A stretch of 64,000 nucleotides of DNA from Eledone cirrhosa (Eukaryota): the NCBI GenBank assembly GCA_964016885.1, contig OZ024741.1, positions 227,788,001-227,852,000 of the forward strand, in the 5' to 3' direction. The notes below the pieces were generated by a model. It was not told the origin of the DNA and did no database searches. It saw nothing but the letters and a program-made list of their open reading frames with translations. Within the stretch, counting starts at the first letter, position 1. Every line of letters starts with the position of its first letter. The position numbers and the translations under genes are program-made. Positions 40,907 through 55,003 of this stretch are shown one piece after another.

Positions 40907-41721
40907 CGTGCGTGCGCGCGCGTGTGTGTGTACGTGAGAGAATGTGGATGTGTGGGTGTGTGGATGTGGGTATGTGGGTGTTCATCTGAACATATATCTT
41001 TATATTTTGGGAGGTTCATGGTGCCAATATAATGATATCTTTTTCATGTTGCCAGTCTATCAATATGTGTTTCAACACACGGTTTTCATGAAGAATCTTG
41101 CAAAAAAACCTCTTTTCTCCTGCCACTTGTCCTTTGACCCCACTTCCTACAAGTAACCAGTTCCTTCTTCCATACTCCAATCCGTCGCTTTCTTTAATCT
41201 ACCCCCTACCGCCACCAAACTCAGCGCCAGCATATTTCATGGTTTCACCATCTAATGCATCTAAATAAAACAAACACAACATCCTAATCATCTTTAGCTG
41301 TAATTGGCCAAAAGAGCTCATTTCCGCATACATCACCAACGATTTCACACCCTTGGTAACTTCTCTTCCCTCCCATAACAACGTCACCAACCATGCATTT
41401 ACTTCTTTTATGCATTTTTTTTCTTTTCCATCCACTTCTCTTTACTAACTTCACTCTCAATTTTTTTTCCGATGAAAGACAAGGTACCGATACGTTGAAG
41501 ACGATTCATATTTCATTTCCATTAATAATTGTTCTCTACGTTTGTTCTCATTTCTGACCTCGCACTCTACACAAGCAGACACAGATCTCCCTCCACAATA
41601 TATATATATATATATAAATATAATATATAAATATATATATATATATAAATATATATATAAATATATATATGTATATAAATATATATATATATATATATAT
41701 AAATATATATATGTATATATA

Positions 41722-41880
41722 GCAATTATCCCAGTGCATTACTGGTACTTTATTTTATCGACCTCGTAAGGATGAAAGGCAAAGTTAACCTCGGCGGGAT
41801 TTGAACTCAGAATGGCAAGGGCCGTAACTCTTTGCGTCAAAGTATGGCGTCCGACCCTCTACCGATACTGCCAATCCACC
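41722..41880 (-). mobile_element. MetaSINE-like SINE
   Basis: Reverse complement of the 36110 family. Confidence 0.88.
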
Positions 41881-41889
41881 ATATATATG

Positions 41890-41933
<44 letters not shown>

Positions 41934-41939
41934 AATATA

Positions 41940-41970
<31 letters not shown>

Positions 41971-42168
41971 TGTATATATATTATATATATATAATATATA
42001 TATATATATATAATATATAGATAATATATATATATATAATATATATATATAATATATATAATATATATATATATAATATATATAATATATATAATATATA
42101 TATATATAATATATATATATAATATATATATATATATATAATATATATATATATATATAATATATATA

Positions 42169-42199
<31 letters not shown>

Positions 42200-42386
42200 A
42201 TATAATATATATATATATATAATTTATATATATATATAATATATATATATATATTATATATATATAATATATATATATATTATATATATATAATATATAT
42301 ATATATATAATATATATATATATATAATATATATATATATATGTTATATATATAATATATATATATATTATATATATATAATATAT

Positions 42387-42420
<34 letters not shown>

Positions 42421-42672
42421 ATATATATATAATATATATATATATAATATATTTATATATATTATATATATATAATATATATATTATATATTATATATAT
42501 ATATGTTTTATATTATATATATATATATATTATATATTATATATATATAATATATATATATATAATATATATATATATTATATATATATAATATATATAT
42601 TATATATATATATTATATATATTATATATATATATTATATATATATAATATATATATATATTATATATATAT

Positions 42673-42719
<47 letters not shown>

Positions 42720-43119
42720 TATATATATATATATATATATTATATATTATATATAAATTATATATATATATATTATATATTATATATATATAATATATAT
42801 TTATATTATATATATATAATATATATATATATTATATATATATATTATATAAATATAATATATATATATATATTATATATATATATATATATTATATATT
42901 ATATATATATAATATATATATATTATATATATATTATATATTATATATATATAATATATATATATTATATATATATTATATATTATATATATATAATATA
43001 TATATATATTATATATATATATTATATATTATATATATATAATATATATATATATATTATATATATTATATATATATATAATATATATATATATTATATA
43101 TATATATATATTATATATT

Positions 43120-43153
<34 letters not shown>

Positions 43154-43186
43154 ATATATATATATATAATATATATATATATATAT

Positions 43187-43256
<70 letters not shown>
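41881..43256. repeat. Interrupted (TA)n tract of about 1.4 kb
   Basis: Directly visible. Confidence 0.97.
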
Positions 43257-43267
<11 letters not shown>

Positions 43268-43921
43268 AAAAAAACCTACCATCTCAATTTTACTTTTGAA
43301 AAGCATAAGAACTGTGATACCGGTACAGTAAATAAATAAATGTTCTTAAAAGAATCTAATTGCAATTTTAGTTTCTCTTCCTTATACTTTCACTCCTGTA
43401 GGACATCTCGTTTTTTTCTTTTTGTTTTCTTTTTTGAAGGGAGCACAAACAAGAGATAGACATTTTCCCTTTATATATGTATATATATAAATGAATAAAT
43501 AAATAAATATATATATTTATTTATATATATATATACATATACATAAACATATATATATACATGTCTGTGATGCCTAGGTGTGTATATATGCATTTATTGT
43601 TTAATTGCCTTTTGCCTCAAAGACATTAGCTGTCAAATGAAATTATTGACAAATTCTTCATGTTATACTTGCTGTCTCTCTACAAAGGTGTAAAAAGATT
43701 GCGTATCTACACCAAAAACACACATTCCTGTGTCGTAATTTAACCACATAGCCACCGATAAATAATTTTACTACATACAACGCACTAGGTAAAATTAAAG
43801 AGTAACCTGCTCATCCAACAACACACAAACACATATATATCGTCCCTCTATATATACATCCACATATCAGTTTACTTACCGAAATCTCTGTCTCTCCCAC
43901 TATATATATATATATATATAC

Positions 43922-43984
<63 letters not shown>

Positions 43985-44077
43985 TTCTATTTATCCATAT
44001 AACTATGAAGGTTTTTAACATTCTACACATTTATTTATCTATCTAACTATCTGGCTATCTATCAATGTAAGCGTGGG

Positions 44078-44110
<33 letters not shown>

Positions 44111-44296
44111 ACATACGTGTGTTCGTGTTTTCTCATTTATTTATTTAAATTCTTTGAATTCTTTTAAAGGAGGGGCTGATTTCTAACGCAAAAACAAAGC
44201 GCCATCACTGGAATCTATGTAACAACATTAAACATGTATGTATGTATTTATGTGCGTGTATATGTATGTAAGCGCGCATTTATATATATTTATACG

Positions 44297-44353
<57 letters not shown>

Positions 44354-44361
<8 letters not shown>

Positions 44362-46211
44362 ATACTTTGGGAGGGTCATGTTGCCAATAAGAAACACACG
44401 CAGTAGTCGCTTTCACTTCAATTTATTATAATAAATTTATAAATTTAGGAATTTATAAATTTCCGGTTGGTTGGTTGGTTCCACAACCAGATGATTGTTC
44501 ATATATTTTCAAAGTTCTTTCGTCACACATTCTGTGACCTCTTCAGTGACTGGGATTCTTTTCTTTGTTTTTGTGCCTCTCCTTTGTTCTGTTCTACGCC
44601 ATCTTGTTTTTGTGTGTGTTGTGTGCTTAGTTTGCGCATGTGTTACATCCGGGTGTCTGTGTATGTTTATATTTGTTTATTTATTTGTTTATTTACATGT
44701 TACTGGTTGGTTGTTTGTTCTATGTGTGTGTGTGTGTGTTTTCATTTTGTTCTTAATTGTAAGTTGTGATGTTGCTGTTCCATGCATGTTTTCTATTTAA
44801 TTTTGGTTGGAGTTCATTTATGTTTAATACCTCTGTGATTTGTCTAAACATTGCGTCTTTTCTGTGTGTAGATTCTATTTTTATTTCTATGTTCTCTAAT
44901 TTACACTTATGTTCTATTTTAACATGTTGGTAGAGTAAAGATGATTCTTTATTATCTTGAAGCTCTCGCCAGTGTTCATTTATCCGTTCCCCTATACTAT
45001 GAGCTGTTTCACTATATTCTTATCCCTACATTGTCCTTCAGTATATCTTATGCTATATACTACATTTCTAGTTTTACAGTTAATATGGGGGCTTAATTTA
45101 CAGATTATACATTCCTTATCTATAAAGGAAGGTCTTTGAAAAAGGGTATGTATTGCTAATAAGTGTTTTTATGGAGGTACCTGGTCTTTCTACTATCTTA
45201 ATATTGAGTTTATGTTTATCTAGGGCCCTTCTAAATTTGTAAGCTAATTCACCTCTAGAGGTTGTATCGATGAACATTACACTCTGGTATTTATTGCTAT
45301 CATACCATGAGTTTATTCTGTTAGTCTTATTCCTAGTTCTTTCTATTCTATTCCAAAATTTTTACCATTTTTTCCCATTTGGTTCTGGCTAATCTGTATA
45401 ATCTGTAAATTAAGCCCCCATATTAACTGTAAAACTAGAAATGTAGTATATAGCATAAGATGTACTAAAGGACAATGTAGAGATAAGAATATAGTGTACA
45501 TAGGTGAGACAGCTCGTAGTATAGGAGAACGGATAAATGAACACTGGCGAGAGCTTCAAGATAGTAAAGAATCATCTGTACTCTACCAACATGCTAAAAT
45601 AGAACATAAGGGTAAATTAGAGAACATAGAAATAAAAATAGAATCTACACACAGAAAAGACGCAATGTTTAGACAAATTACAGAGGCAATAAACATAAAT
45701 GAACTCCAACCAAAATTAAATAGAAAACATGAATGGAACAGCAACATCACAACTTACAATTAAGGACAAAATGAAAACACACACACACATAGAACAAACA
45801 GCCAACCAGTAACATGTAAATAAACAAATAAACAAATATAAACACACACAGACACTCGGATGTAACACATGCGCAAACTAAGCACACAACACACACAAAA
45901 ATAAGATGGCGTAGTACAGAATAAAGGAGAGGCACAAAAACAAACAAAAGAATCCCCAGTCACTGAAGAGGTCACAGAATGTGTGATGAAAGAACTTTGA
46001 CAATATATGAACAATCATCTGGTTGTGGAACCAACCAACCAACCGGAAATTTATAAATTCCTAAATTTATAAATTTATTATAATAAATTGAAGTGAAAGC
46101 AACTGCTGCGTGTGTTTCTTATTGGCAACATGACCCTCCCAAAGTATAACAATATCGGTTTCAACACACGTTTTCAGATAAAGAATCTTGCTAAACAAAT
46201 TCAGAAACGAA
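44354..46211. mobile_element. Penelope-like element fold-back (family G): inverted arms of about 760 bp with GIY-YIG and HHR
   Basis: Arms 44354-45110 and 45396-46155. The right arm encodes NVVYSIRC...VYIGETARSIGERINEH..QH..RQITEA..LNRKHE. The spacer continues the minus-strand linker (IKIVERPGTSIK). Confidence 0.93.
45959..46001 (+). ncRNA. Minimal hammerhead ribozyme (family G); inverted twin at 44509-44550
   Basis: GTCA-CTGAAGA-G-GTCACA-GAATG-TGTGA(T/C)-GAAA-GAAC-TT-TGAC. Confidence 0.75.
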
Positions 46212-46509
46212 ATATATATATATATATATATGTGTGTGTACATATATGATTGCGTACGAATTATTGCGTATGAATTCATGTATAAATACGGACGTGTGCG
46301 TGTGTGTGTATGTGTATGTGTACGTGCATACTTGTCATTTCATGAGATAGACTGTACAATTTTACTTATATATGTGTGTACAGATACATGTGTTTGCATG
46401 TTTATACTTATGCATATGTCTGTATTACATGCAAAACTTTTGCTATATTTTATATGTTTTCACAGTTCCATTAATGGCTTGTAATTGTAATTTTCTACTT
46501 GATCGTACA

Positions 46510-47573
46510 TAGGGGGCGAATTGGCAGAGTCGTTAGAACGTCGAATATGCAGTATTCGTTTCCGCTTTCTGCTCTCTGCGGTCAAAGGTCAACTTTGCCT
46601 TTCATCCTTTCGAGGTCGATATAAAAAAGTACCAGTCTAGTACTGGCGTTAATTCTTCCTCTCTCTGAAAGAAATCTGCTGTACTCAAGCCTGGAGAGGA
46701 TGGGGTCCGCCAGGCTTAAAATACCCAAGGGGCACCGTATTTCAATATACGACTCTATGAGGAGTTACAGGACTTGCATTACTTCATGGTATCCGTTTTT
46801 CTTTTGTAAGCTCTAACGTGTCAAGAGTTGTGCTGAGTAGTACAGAATCAATTACCCCTATAACACAGGTATCAATCAAAATTAGATGTGCGGTTATGTG
46901 TGAGAGTATAACTAGGGCGGTGGAAGTATTTCTTGATTTGGGTCGGGGGCAAATTTGGTCAATTTAGTTGTAGTGATTAGTTTAGCTTAGAACGTCAGAC
47001 ACCATGCTTTGCAGCCTAGAGTTATGTCCCTTTATGTTCAGAGTTCAAATCTCGCCGAGGTTAACTTTGCCTTTCATCTTTACGGGGTCTATAAATAAAG
47101 CACCAGTAATAAAGCACCAGTAATACACTGGGGTAATTGCTGGCCTTGTGCCAAAAGTAGAAACAATTATCAAATAACAACCAAGATAGAAAAAAACTTC
47201 GATATGCGATAAACATAACATATACATAAACTGTAGCATTTCTAAAAATAGATGTGTGTTTTGATCATTTGGGGAGAAAAATATTATTATTGTGTGAAGG
47301 GGCGGACAGGAGCCATGCCCCCACTCCAATTCCACCGCCCCTGTATAATTGTTCCTGTACTCATATCTAGCATGTATACCTTTGTTATTTCTTTGGCAGT
47401 ATCGATAGAGGGTCGGACGCCATGCTTTCCAGCATAGAGTTATGTCCCTTTAGAGTCTGAGTACAAATCCCGCTGAGGTGAACTTTGCGTTTCATCCTTA
47501 CGGGTCGATAAAATAAAGTACCAGTAATGCACTGGAATAATTGCTGACCTTGTGCCCAAAAGTAGAGACAGTT
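46510..47573 (+). mobile_element. Three MetaSINE-like copies (about 46510-46660, 46985-47170, 47394-47573); the middle one is nested in MITE 46912-47343
   Basis: SINE family motifs. The MITE is colinear with 29126-29384 on both sides of the SINE. Confidence 0.8.
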
Positions 47574-47789
47574 ATTTCTTTTATATCGTATTTTGTGAAA
47601 AAATAGCGTCGTTGGTTACAGTTTGCTCAAGAGCCAATTCACTGCACCTACGACACAATTATTATATGTCATTCAAAAGTACTGATTTATCGAGAACCTT
47701 GCAACTCAAGCAATAAATCTGCCACACATTCGTGTTCTCTTTAGTATATATATGTGAATGAATATTGGTGTACAGCAATCCTTCGTGCA

Positions 47790-47863
<74 letters not shown>

Positions 47864-47998
47864 ACACACGCTCACTCTCTCATAAACTTCCTAAAAGGGT
47901 GTGAGATATGATCCCTAAATCCTGCAGATCCTTACTGTGGTAAAAACTAATATGTCGTATACGCTGACATACATGATATATATATATATATATACATA

Positions 47999-48086
47999 CA
48001 TGGTGTCCCCAAAAATGTATACAAACTTTGATTACCTGTACAGGCAATGTTTATTAGAATGGTGTATACATTTTCTGGGACACCCT

Positions 48087-48087
<1 letters not shown>
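47999..48087. mobile_element. Small Tc1/mariner-type MITE
   Basis: TIRs CATGGTGTCCCCAAAAATGTATACA / TGTATACATTTTCTGGGACACCCTG. Confidence 0.72.
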
Positions 48088-48157
<70 letters not shown>

Positions 48158-48901
48158 CGTGCGTGTGTGTTTATGTGTTTGTGTATGTGTGTTAATGTGT
48201 CTATGCCTGTGGTTATATTTGCACAGGTCTAAAATCCGGTGTTATTTGTATTATGTTGTTTTTATACAGTATTTTAATAGTTCACCAAATAAAAATGTAA
48301 AAGTATTCACCCTGGGGTCGATTTGATGGGCTTTCTCCTCCCCTAAAATTGCTAGCCTCGTGCCTATAGTAGAAATCAGTAATTACCACAAGATCGAATA
48401 AGTACAGTGGTCGATATGATTGACTAAACCTTTGAAGGTGATAGATTAATATGGCCGCAGACCAATGATTGAAATTAGTAACAACGTAAATAAATATATG
48501 AATAGATAAATAAATAAATAAATAAATAAATGAATAAATAACAAAATTATCCCAGATCTTCAAAGTGTTTTGGAATTCAGGAATTACTTAGTGTTGATAC
48601 AGACGTTGTTAGCATTGAAAGATAAAGACCTGTTTACCAATGACCCATCGCATATAACGACCCTTATAATCTACATTACAGTTAGTCTTTAGCGTTGATT
48701 TCCGTTTTATCTTGCTGCTCTATGTATGTCTTGGAATGTATGCGGGCGTGAATGTATGTATGTGTGAATGCATGCATGCATGCATGTATGTATGTATGTA
48801 TGTATGTATGTATGTATGTATGTATGTATGTATGTATGTATGTTGGAATGTATGTATGTAAATATATATGTGTGCACGTACATATATATGTATATATATA
48901 T

Positions 48902-48941
<40 letters not shown>

Positions 48942-49003
48942 GAATAGAATTAAACGACAGTTCCTTATACATACATGCATACATGCATACTTATATATGC
49001 ATA

Positions 49004-49074
<71 letters not shown>

Positions 49075-49358
49075 GCAAATCCAAAGAATCATTAGATAAA
49101 ATATATACAGTATTTCCTCTCCCAATCAGTATAAATCAACCACACAAAAAAATCATTTAAACGAGGCTATAAGTTTAAAATGTACTTATGAAAAAATAAT
49201 AGACAAATGATATAGCTTCTTTTCTGCAACGTACAGCCACATGATATTTACCTAATATTCCTTCTAGCCTGTAGAAATTGACAAGACATATAGTTAAATT
49301 ACACGTAATTAGGTACAAAATCGAAGTTAGAAGAAAACATGTACATTAACTTTACCAG

Positions 49359-49475
49359 AATCTTCATAATCTCTACCACCCAGCGGTTTCGTTCCACTTT
49401 TTGGATATATCCGGTCTTGGATAAATCCACGAGGCTCAGAACTCATCAGGAGATACTTCAGACTGGACTAAGATT
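49359..49475 (-). ncRNA. Extended type I hammerhead ribozyme with a structured stem II insert
   Basis: On minus: AATCTT...ATCTC-CTGATGA-GTTC-[insert with hairpin TGGATTTATCC/GGATATATCCA]-GAAC-GAAA-CCGC-TGG-GTGG-TA-GAGAT-TATG-AAGATT. Confidence 0.88.
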
Positions 49476-49644
49476 TTTCTACCATGATCCCCGCCAGAAA
49501 TGAATTCAAAATGGCTAAGAACCATCACTTGGCCAGTGGTCAAGGCAGAAAGTTTGTAATGCCTGTCAGCGAGTAGGCTAGTTGCTCCACACCGTGAATG
49601 GTTGCCAAAAACATATATATGTATCTATGACTTTGCCTAATTTA

Positions 49645-49660
49645 TATATATATACACTTT

Positions 49661-49733
<73 letters not shown>

Positions 49734-49785
49734 GTATATTTATATATATACACATATACTTATATATGTATATCAATATATATAC

Positions 49786-49867
<82 letters not shown>

Positions 49868-49919
49868 GTATATTTATATATATACACATATACTTATATA
49901 TGTATATCTATATATATAC

Positions 49920-49969
<50 letters not shown>

Positions 49970-49972
49970 GTA

Positions 49973-50039
<67 letters not shown>

Positions 50040-50091
50040 GTATATTTATATATATACACATATACTTATATATGTATATCTATATATATAC

Positions 50092-50145
<54 letters not shown>

Positions 50146-50152
50146 GTATATT

Positions 50153-50201
<49 letters not shown>

Positions 50202-50256
50202 GTATATTTATATATATACACATATACTTATATATGTATATACATATATATACATA

Positions 50257-50315
<59 letters not shown>

Positions 50316-50357
50316 GTATATACATACATATATATATGCATACATATATACAAATAT
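49645..50357. repeat. Compound (TA)n array with a repeated AAATGTATATTTATATATATACACATATACTT unit
   Basis: Directly visible. Confidence 0.95.
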
Positions 50358-50468
50358 ATTTTCTAAGCTAACACTTCATTCTCTCACTACAGTATGTATC
50401 CGGTTCTATGTATCGGCTTTTATGCATGTCTCATCGATTTTCTTTTTACAACATAAAACTATAACATC

Positions 50469-50509
50469 CGCCTGACGAGCGTTCCACCGGACGGAAACCC
50501 GGGTTAGCG
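50469..50509 (+). ncRNA. Hammerhead-like motif, slightly degenerate
   Basis: CGC-CTGACGA-GCGTTCCACCGGACG-GAAA-CCCGGG-TTA-GCG. Palindromic stem III; the stem II closing pair is mismatched. Confidence 0.55.
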
Positions 50510-50799
50510 TCGCAGCACATCTTTCTGAAATAAATAATACACACGCACGCGCACAAACGTACTTCCCACATACAAACACTTATATACGAATGCACAAAGT
50601 TATACACACGTACATGTGTGTGTGTATATATGTCTGTGTCTGTATACATGTCTGTGTGTGGAAATGAATATGTGTGTATCTGAGTATATTTGTGTGTATG
50701 CACGCGTGTGCTTATGCGCGAGCGCGCGTGTGTGTGTGTGTGTGCGTGTGTATGTAGTAAGCAGCTTTTCCTTCAGGCATGGTGTATTGAAATCATGAC

Positions 50800-52605
50800 T
50801 ATGCTCTAGTTTTATCGTTTTTAATACGGATTTTTCGTATTTCTTTAGATTTGTATATTAGAACAATAACCTACTTAAATGGATATGTGTATTAACGTTT
50901 TGAGGCCTTCACTGATCCATCTTCAGAATCAGAATGACCATTTTAATGAAGTATTAGCCTTGTGCTTAACATTGGCCGGAAAGTATTGTGGGAGTGATAG
51001 GAAATCCTGGATGTCTGATTTAAAATTCATGTTTGAAGCATGACTGTCTTTATAATTGGTTTCACATATGCTATATCTGTGTGTTAGTTTTAGGTAAATA
51101 CATTGGTATTAATAACGCCTTCATATTTATTTGCCTTTTTTGTACAATCCTATATAGAATAATAGTGTCATCAACTACTGTAGTTCTAATTCTTTTGCTT
51201 CTACTGTTAAAAGGTATTGTAATGTAATTTTGTTGAGTGCATGGTTAACCGGCGGGAAGGTGTCGTGCTTGTGTGACCGATGTAACAATTATGGCCATGA
51301 TGTTCACTACTTTCATATATCGTCTACAATACATTGTGTGGTTTCATGTTGATGCGAAGGTTTCTTATTTTGGTATTTTTGTAGTTTATTCTAACCATGA
51401 GAGAACATTTAAGATCTATGTATGTTCTGTTTTGTTTTATGAGATTTTAATGACGTGTTCCCCTATAGTGTATTTGGTTCTTATAATATACTAAATGTGT
51501 GGCTTGAGTATGTTTTCTGAATTCTGCTTCCATTGTATCAGTGTGACTATATTTTTTTTTATTATATTGTTCTGTGGCATGGTCTGGTAAAGTGTTGGGA
51601 TACCCATTGTTAACTAATATCTGTTTACACACGATGAGACATCTTTCTGGGTGTGAATTTAAAAGCTCGTCAAATGAAGGGTTTTATTACAGGTATTTTG
51701 CGTCTGTGAGGGGTACACACTCGTGTAAATACCATTGTGCGTGTAATTTGGGTAAACAGAATACTAGAATGCTATATTTGTTATTCTTAAACCTTACGTT
51801 TATGCCTCAGAACAGGGTGATACTCTAGACTGAGCTTATGCTGGATTACAAATGTCACGATGGAATTATTCTCGAGATCATGTTTTAGACGATAGACTTG
51901 TTCAACAACAGTGACAATCACAACAAATACATCGTTGGTGTACCGGGCATAGATGGTGTGGTTGTATTTAGGGACACCTATGTTTTCCACTTTAAAATGG
52001 AGAATGATGTGAATGTGGGCCTGAGAGTGGAACCCATAGTCACACCGTCCTTCTGTATTTAGAGATTATCTTGTACACAGTAAAAGTAGACTCCAATTGT
52101 ACATGCCAACATACTAACTTTTTCATGGGCCTTCTGAGTATACCCAGGGATTTTAATGATTGGTGTGCATATATGTGGACGAGGATTATATTTATTGTTT
52201 CAATTACTGGGACGCTGGTTGAAACGCGTTCGACAAACATGGTGGAGAAATGGCCAAATTTATTTGTTTCATATAGTATCTCAAGGAATTATGATGATCT
52301 TAAACTGTAACAACCTGGTCTGTATGACATGATAATGTTATCCAATCGTTTAACAATTCTGTGTATGGGCATGTTCATTTGGGAAATTATTGGCCAGAGA
52401 ATTTGTTAGTGTTGTGTGTCTTAAATGTGCCATAAATGTATACAGAGCTGAACTCTCCTTCAATATGCTAGAAAGGAATGCATGGTATTTGTGTCTCAAC
52501 TGAAGTAATTATATTATTAAGTTTAGTTTTTAGTTGAGCAGCGGTGTTTTTCGAAATTCTCTTAAATTTGCTATTATCTTGAAGTATGTTGGTTATATTT
52601 TGGTG
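50800..52605 (-). mobile_element. Heavily decayed Penelope-like element (RT and endonuclease remnants)
   Basis: Fragments TSVPVIETINIIL, YARYTNDVF (decayed RYVDD) and ILVNNGYP. Degenerate HHR at about 50890-50930. Confidence 0.75.
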
Positions 52606-52657
52606 TGTATATTATATATATATATAGGAAGTTAATTATATGTCCAACAATTGCTAG

Positions 52658-52705
52658 TGCTCCGATGAAATTCAAACGAAGGTTTGGAAGAAACGATTGT
52701 CAGCA
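52658..52705 (+). ncRNA. Minimal hammerhead ribozyme (family D, third copy)
   Basis: TGCT-CCGATGA-AATTCAAAC-GAAG-GTTTGGAA-GAAA-CGATTG-TC-AGCA. Confidence 0.72.
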
Positions 52706-52755
52706 ATAAAATGTTTTGAACATAGTTTTGATTATTGTGTAATTTATAATTTATA

Positions 52756-52823
<68 letters not shown>

Positions 52824-52826
<3 letters not shown>

Positions 52827-52984
52827 GAAGGAAATGTGGTAAGGAACCAGGTGGACCATAACGCACCAAAGTACTCAGTACTTAGGGTAGTAGAGTGGGT
52901 AATAGGAACGAGTAGGACCCCGACGGCTGAGCTCAGCCGTCGAAACGGCTTGAGCTCAGCCGTCGGGGTCCTACTCGTTCCTAT
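52824..52984 (-). mobile_element. Family K fold-back element in (TA)n
   Basis: Inverted arms span 52902-52984. The tail is homologous to 14233-14300. Confidence 0.75.
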
Positions 52985-53252
52985 ATATATATATATATAT
53001 ATGTATATATTATGTAATCTGAGTTTTTCGAAATATTAATAATAATATTCGATTCGTTTGCAATTATGCAAACAAGCCTCATTTTTAAAGCCATGTCAGT
53101 AGAATGAGCCCCTCAATTTTGCTCTTGTGTTGGCATGTAAACAGAACTGCAGATACTAATGTTTCTGGGTAGAGTTTCATTAGTTCAGTTCACTGTTATT
53201 ATTAATATTCGAAAAACTCAGGTTACATGTATTGTATTCAGCCATGTAGAGA

Positions 53253-53306
<54 letters not shown>

Positions 53307-53542
53307 TATGCGCTCGCGTGCGCGTGTGTGCATGTATGTACCCTATAATTTGGTTCAATGTTTCGACTGCAGTCATGATGGGGTTAATCCTAAAGGGATT
53401 TAACTAATTGCATTGAGCCGAATAATTTACTTTCAAATCTGGTACTTATTTTATTGGTCTACTTTATGAAATGCCGAAGTTATGGCACATAAACGAACAG
53501 TAAACACAGACACATGCACAAACACGCATATATATATACATA

Positions 53543-53575
<33 letters not shown>

Positions 53576-53665
53576 TTCTGTGTGTCGTGTCCCTCACAGT
53601 TTCTGTCTACCAAAATTTGCTCATAAGCTATTGATCAACACAACTCCTTAACAACACACGCATAC

Positions 53666-53782
53666 TTTCGTATGTACGAATGTATGGATGGACCCGTAAC
53701 TCATGATACAGTCGTAGGGGACGACGTAGTTGCATACAGCCTCTCTTGAGCATAATTTCAACCTGGCGCAGCCTCTCCTCTT
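53666..53782 (-). CDS. Weak candidate 117-nt exon
   Basis: Strong minus-strand acceptor ctctctcctcttacag and donor gtatgc. Two frames are open (EERLRQVEIMLKRGCMQLRRPLRLYHELRVHPYIRTYE or KRRGCARLKL...). Confidence 0.3.
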
Positions 53783-55003
53783 CTGTAAGAGGAGAGAGTG
53801 TGATAGAGAGGACATGAGAAAGAAATGTAATGGGGGAACCGACCCCAGCACTTGACTGCTACTTTTTAAATCGACATCAAAAGGATGAAAGACAAAATTG
53901 AGATCAGAGGTTTTGAGCTGAATTGAATATAGCAAAGCATTCTATCCGACTTTCTAACGACCCTTCCACTTTGCCGCCAATAGAGGAATGAATACCCCAG
54001 AAAGTTATATATTTTCGGTCCTATAAAGTAAACAATGTAATCTTCAGAAGTGTTTATCTAACAATTCTTATGAGTAGAATTCGTGTGATATGATATGTGA
54101 ACCATAACCCAATGGTCACGGGCCATTCATCAAGAGGTCTAAGCTCACCAACCATAAAATTATTAGGGTTAGGTTCATCAGGAACACTTGAAATTTGTCA
54201 TTCTATATAACAGTTTTGAAATTAGTCGTTTGTGGTTAGTCGTTTATTTTATTTTATTTTTTTATTTATTTATTTTTTGTGATAGTAGTCAATCATACAA
54301 TATGATCAACTGCTATCACGAAAAGAAAAAAAAAAGATTTTAACCGATATTCAATTTTATCGACCCTAGACGGATAAAAGCTAAAGATAGCCTTGGCGAG
54401 ATTTGATCACAGAACGTTTAGAGACCGTACAAATACCGCAACACATTTCTAACGAGCCAGGACATCCGCCCTTATGTGTTGGTAATGTATTAGATAAAAT
54501 ATTTGGCACAATATATCTGCTGAATAGTAGTAAATCGGTTTGATTCAATGAAAAGAGATCAGTTGAACAAACGGGAGGACATATGGTTAGTTTCACAGCT
54601 ATCTTGCTTTAATTTAAACGGATAGATCGAAAATAAATAGATACATACAGCGCGAATTAAATATAAACTGCTACTATGAACAACAATAACAAATATTGTT
54701 TGATTATCAGATTTAGGAAGATTTCCAGAATAAGAAATAGATAGATATTTGGATAGATAGATAGATATGTTTCTTTATTAGCCTCAGGGGCACAAAAGAA
54801 GGGACAAATACAAAGAGGGAAGTTTACATACAATAAAAACGTGTAAAATATTATCACAAATGCAATTTAAAAATTAATCGATTTTCCCCAATAGGGGTGA
54901 CATTACATATGGGTAACACCTACCCCCGAAAAAATGTGCAACCCTCATCTCCAGGAGTACGAAGAGTTTGTACTCCTTTCCTCTCCTCCTCTTTTCCCGC
55001 AAC

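Noticed and set aside
49359-49503. Plus-strand terminal exon (IFIISTTQRF...)
   Set aside because: The sequence is better explained by the minus-strand hammerhead fold.
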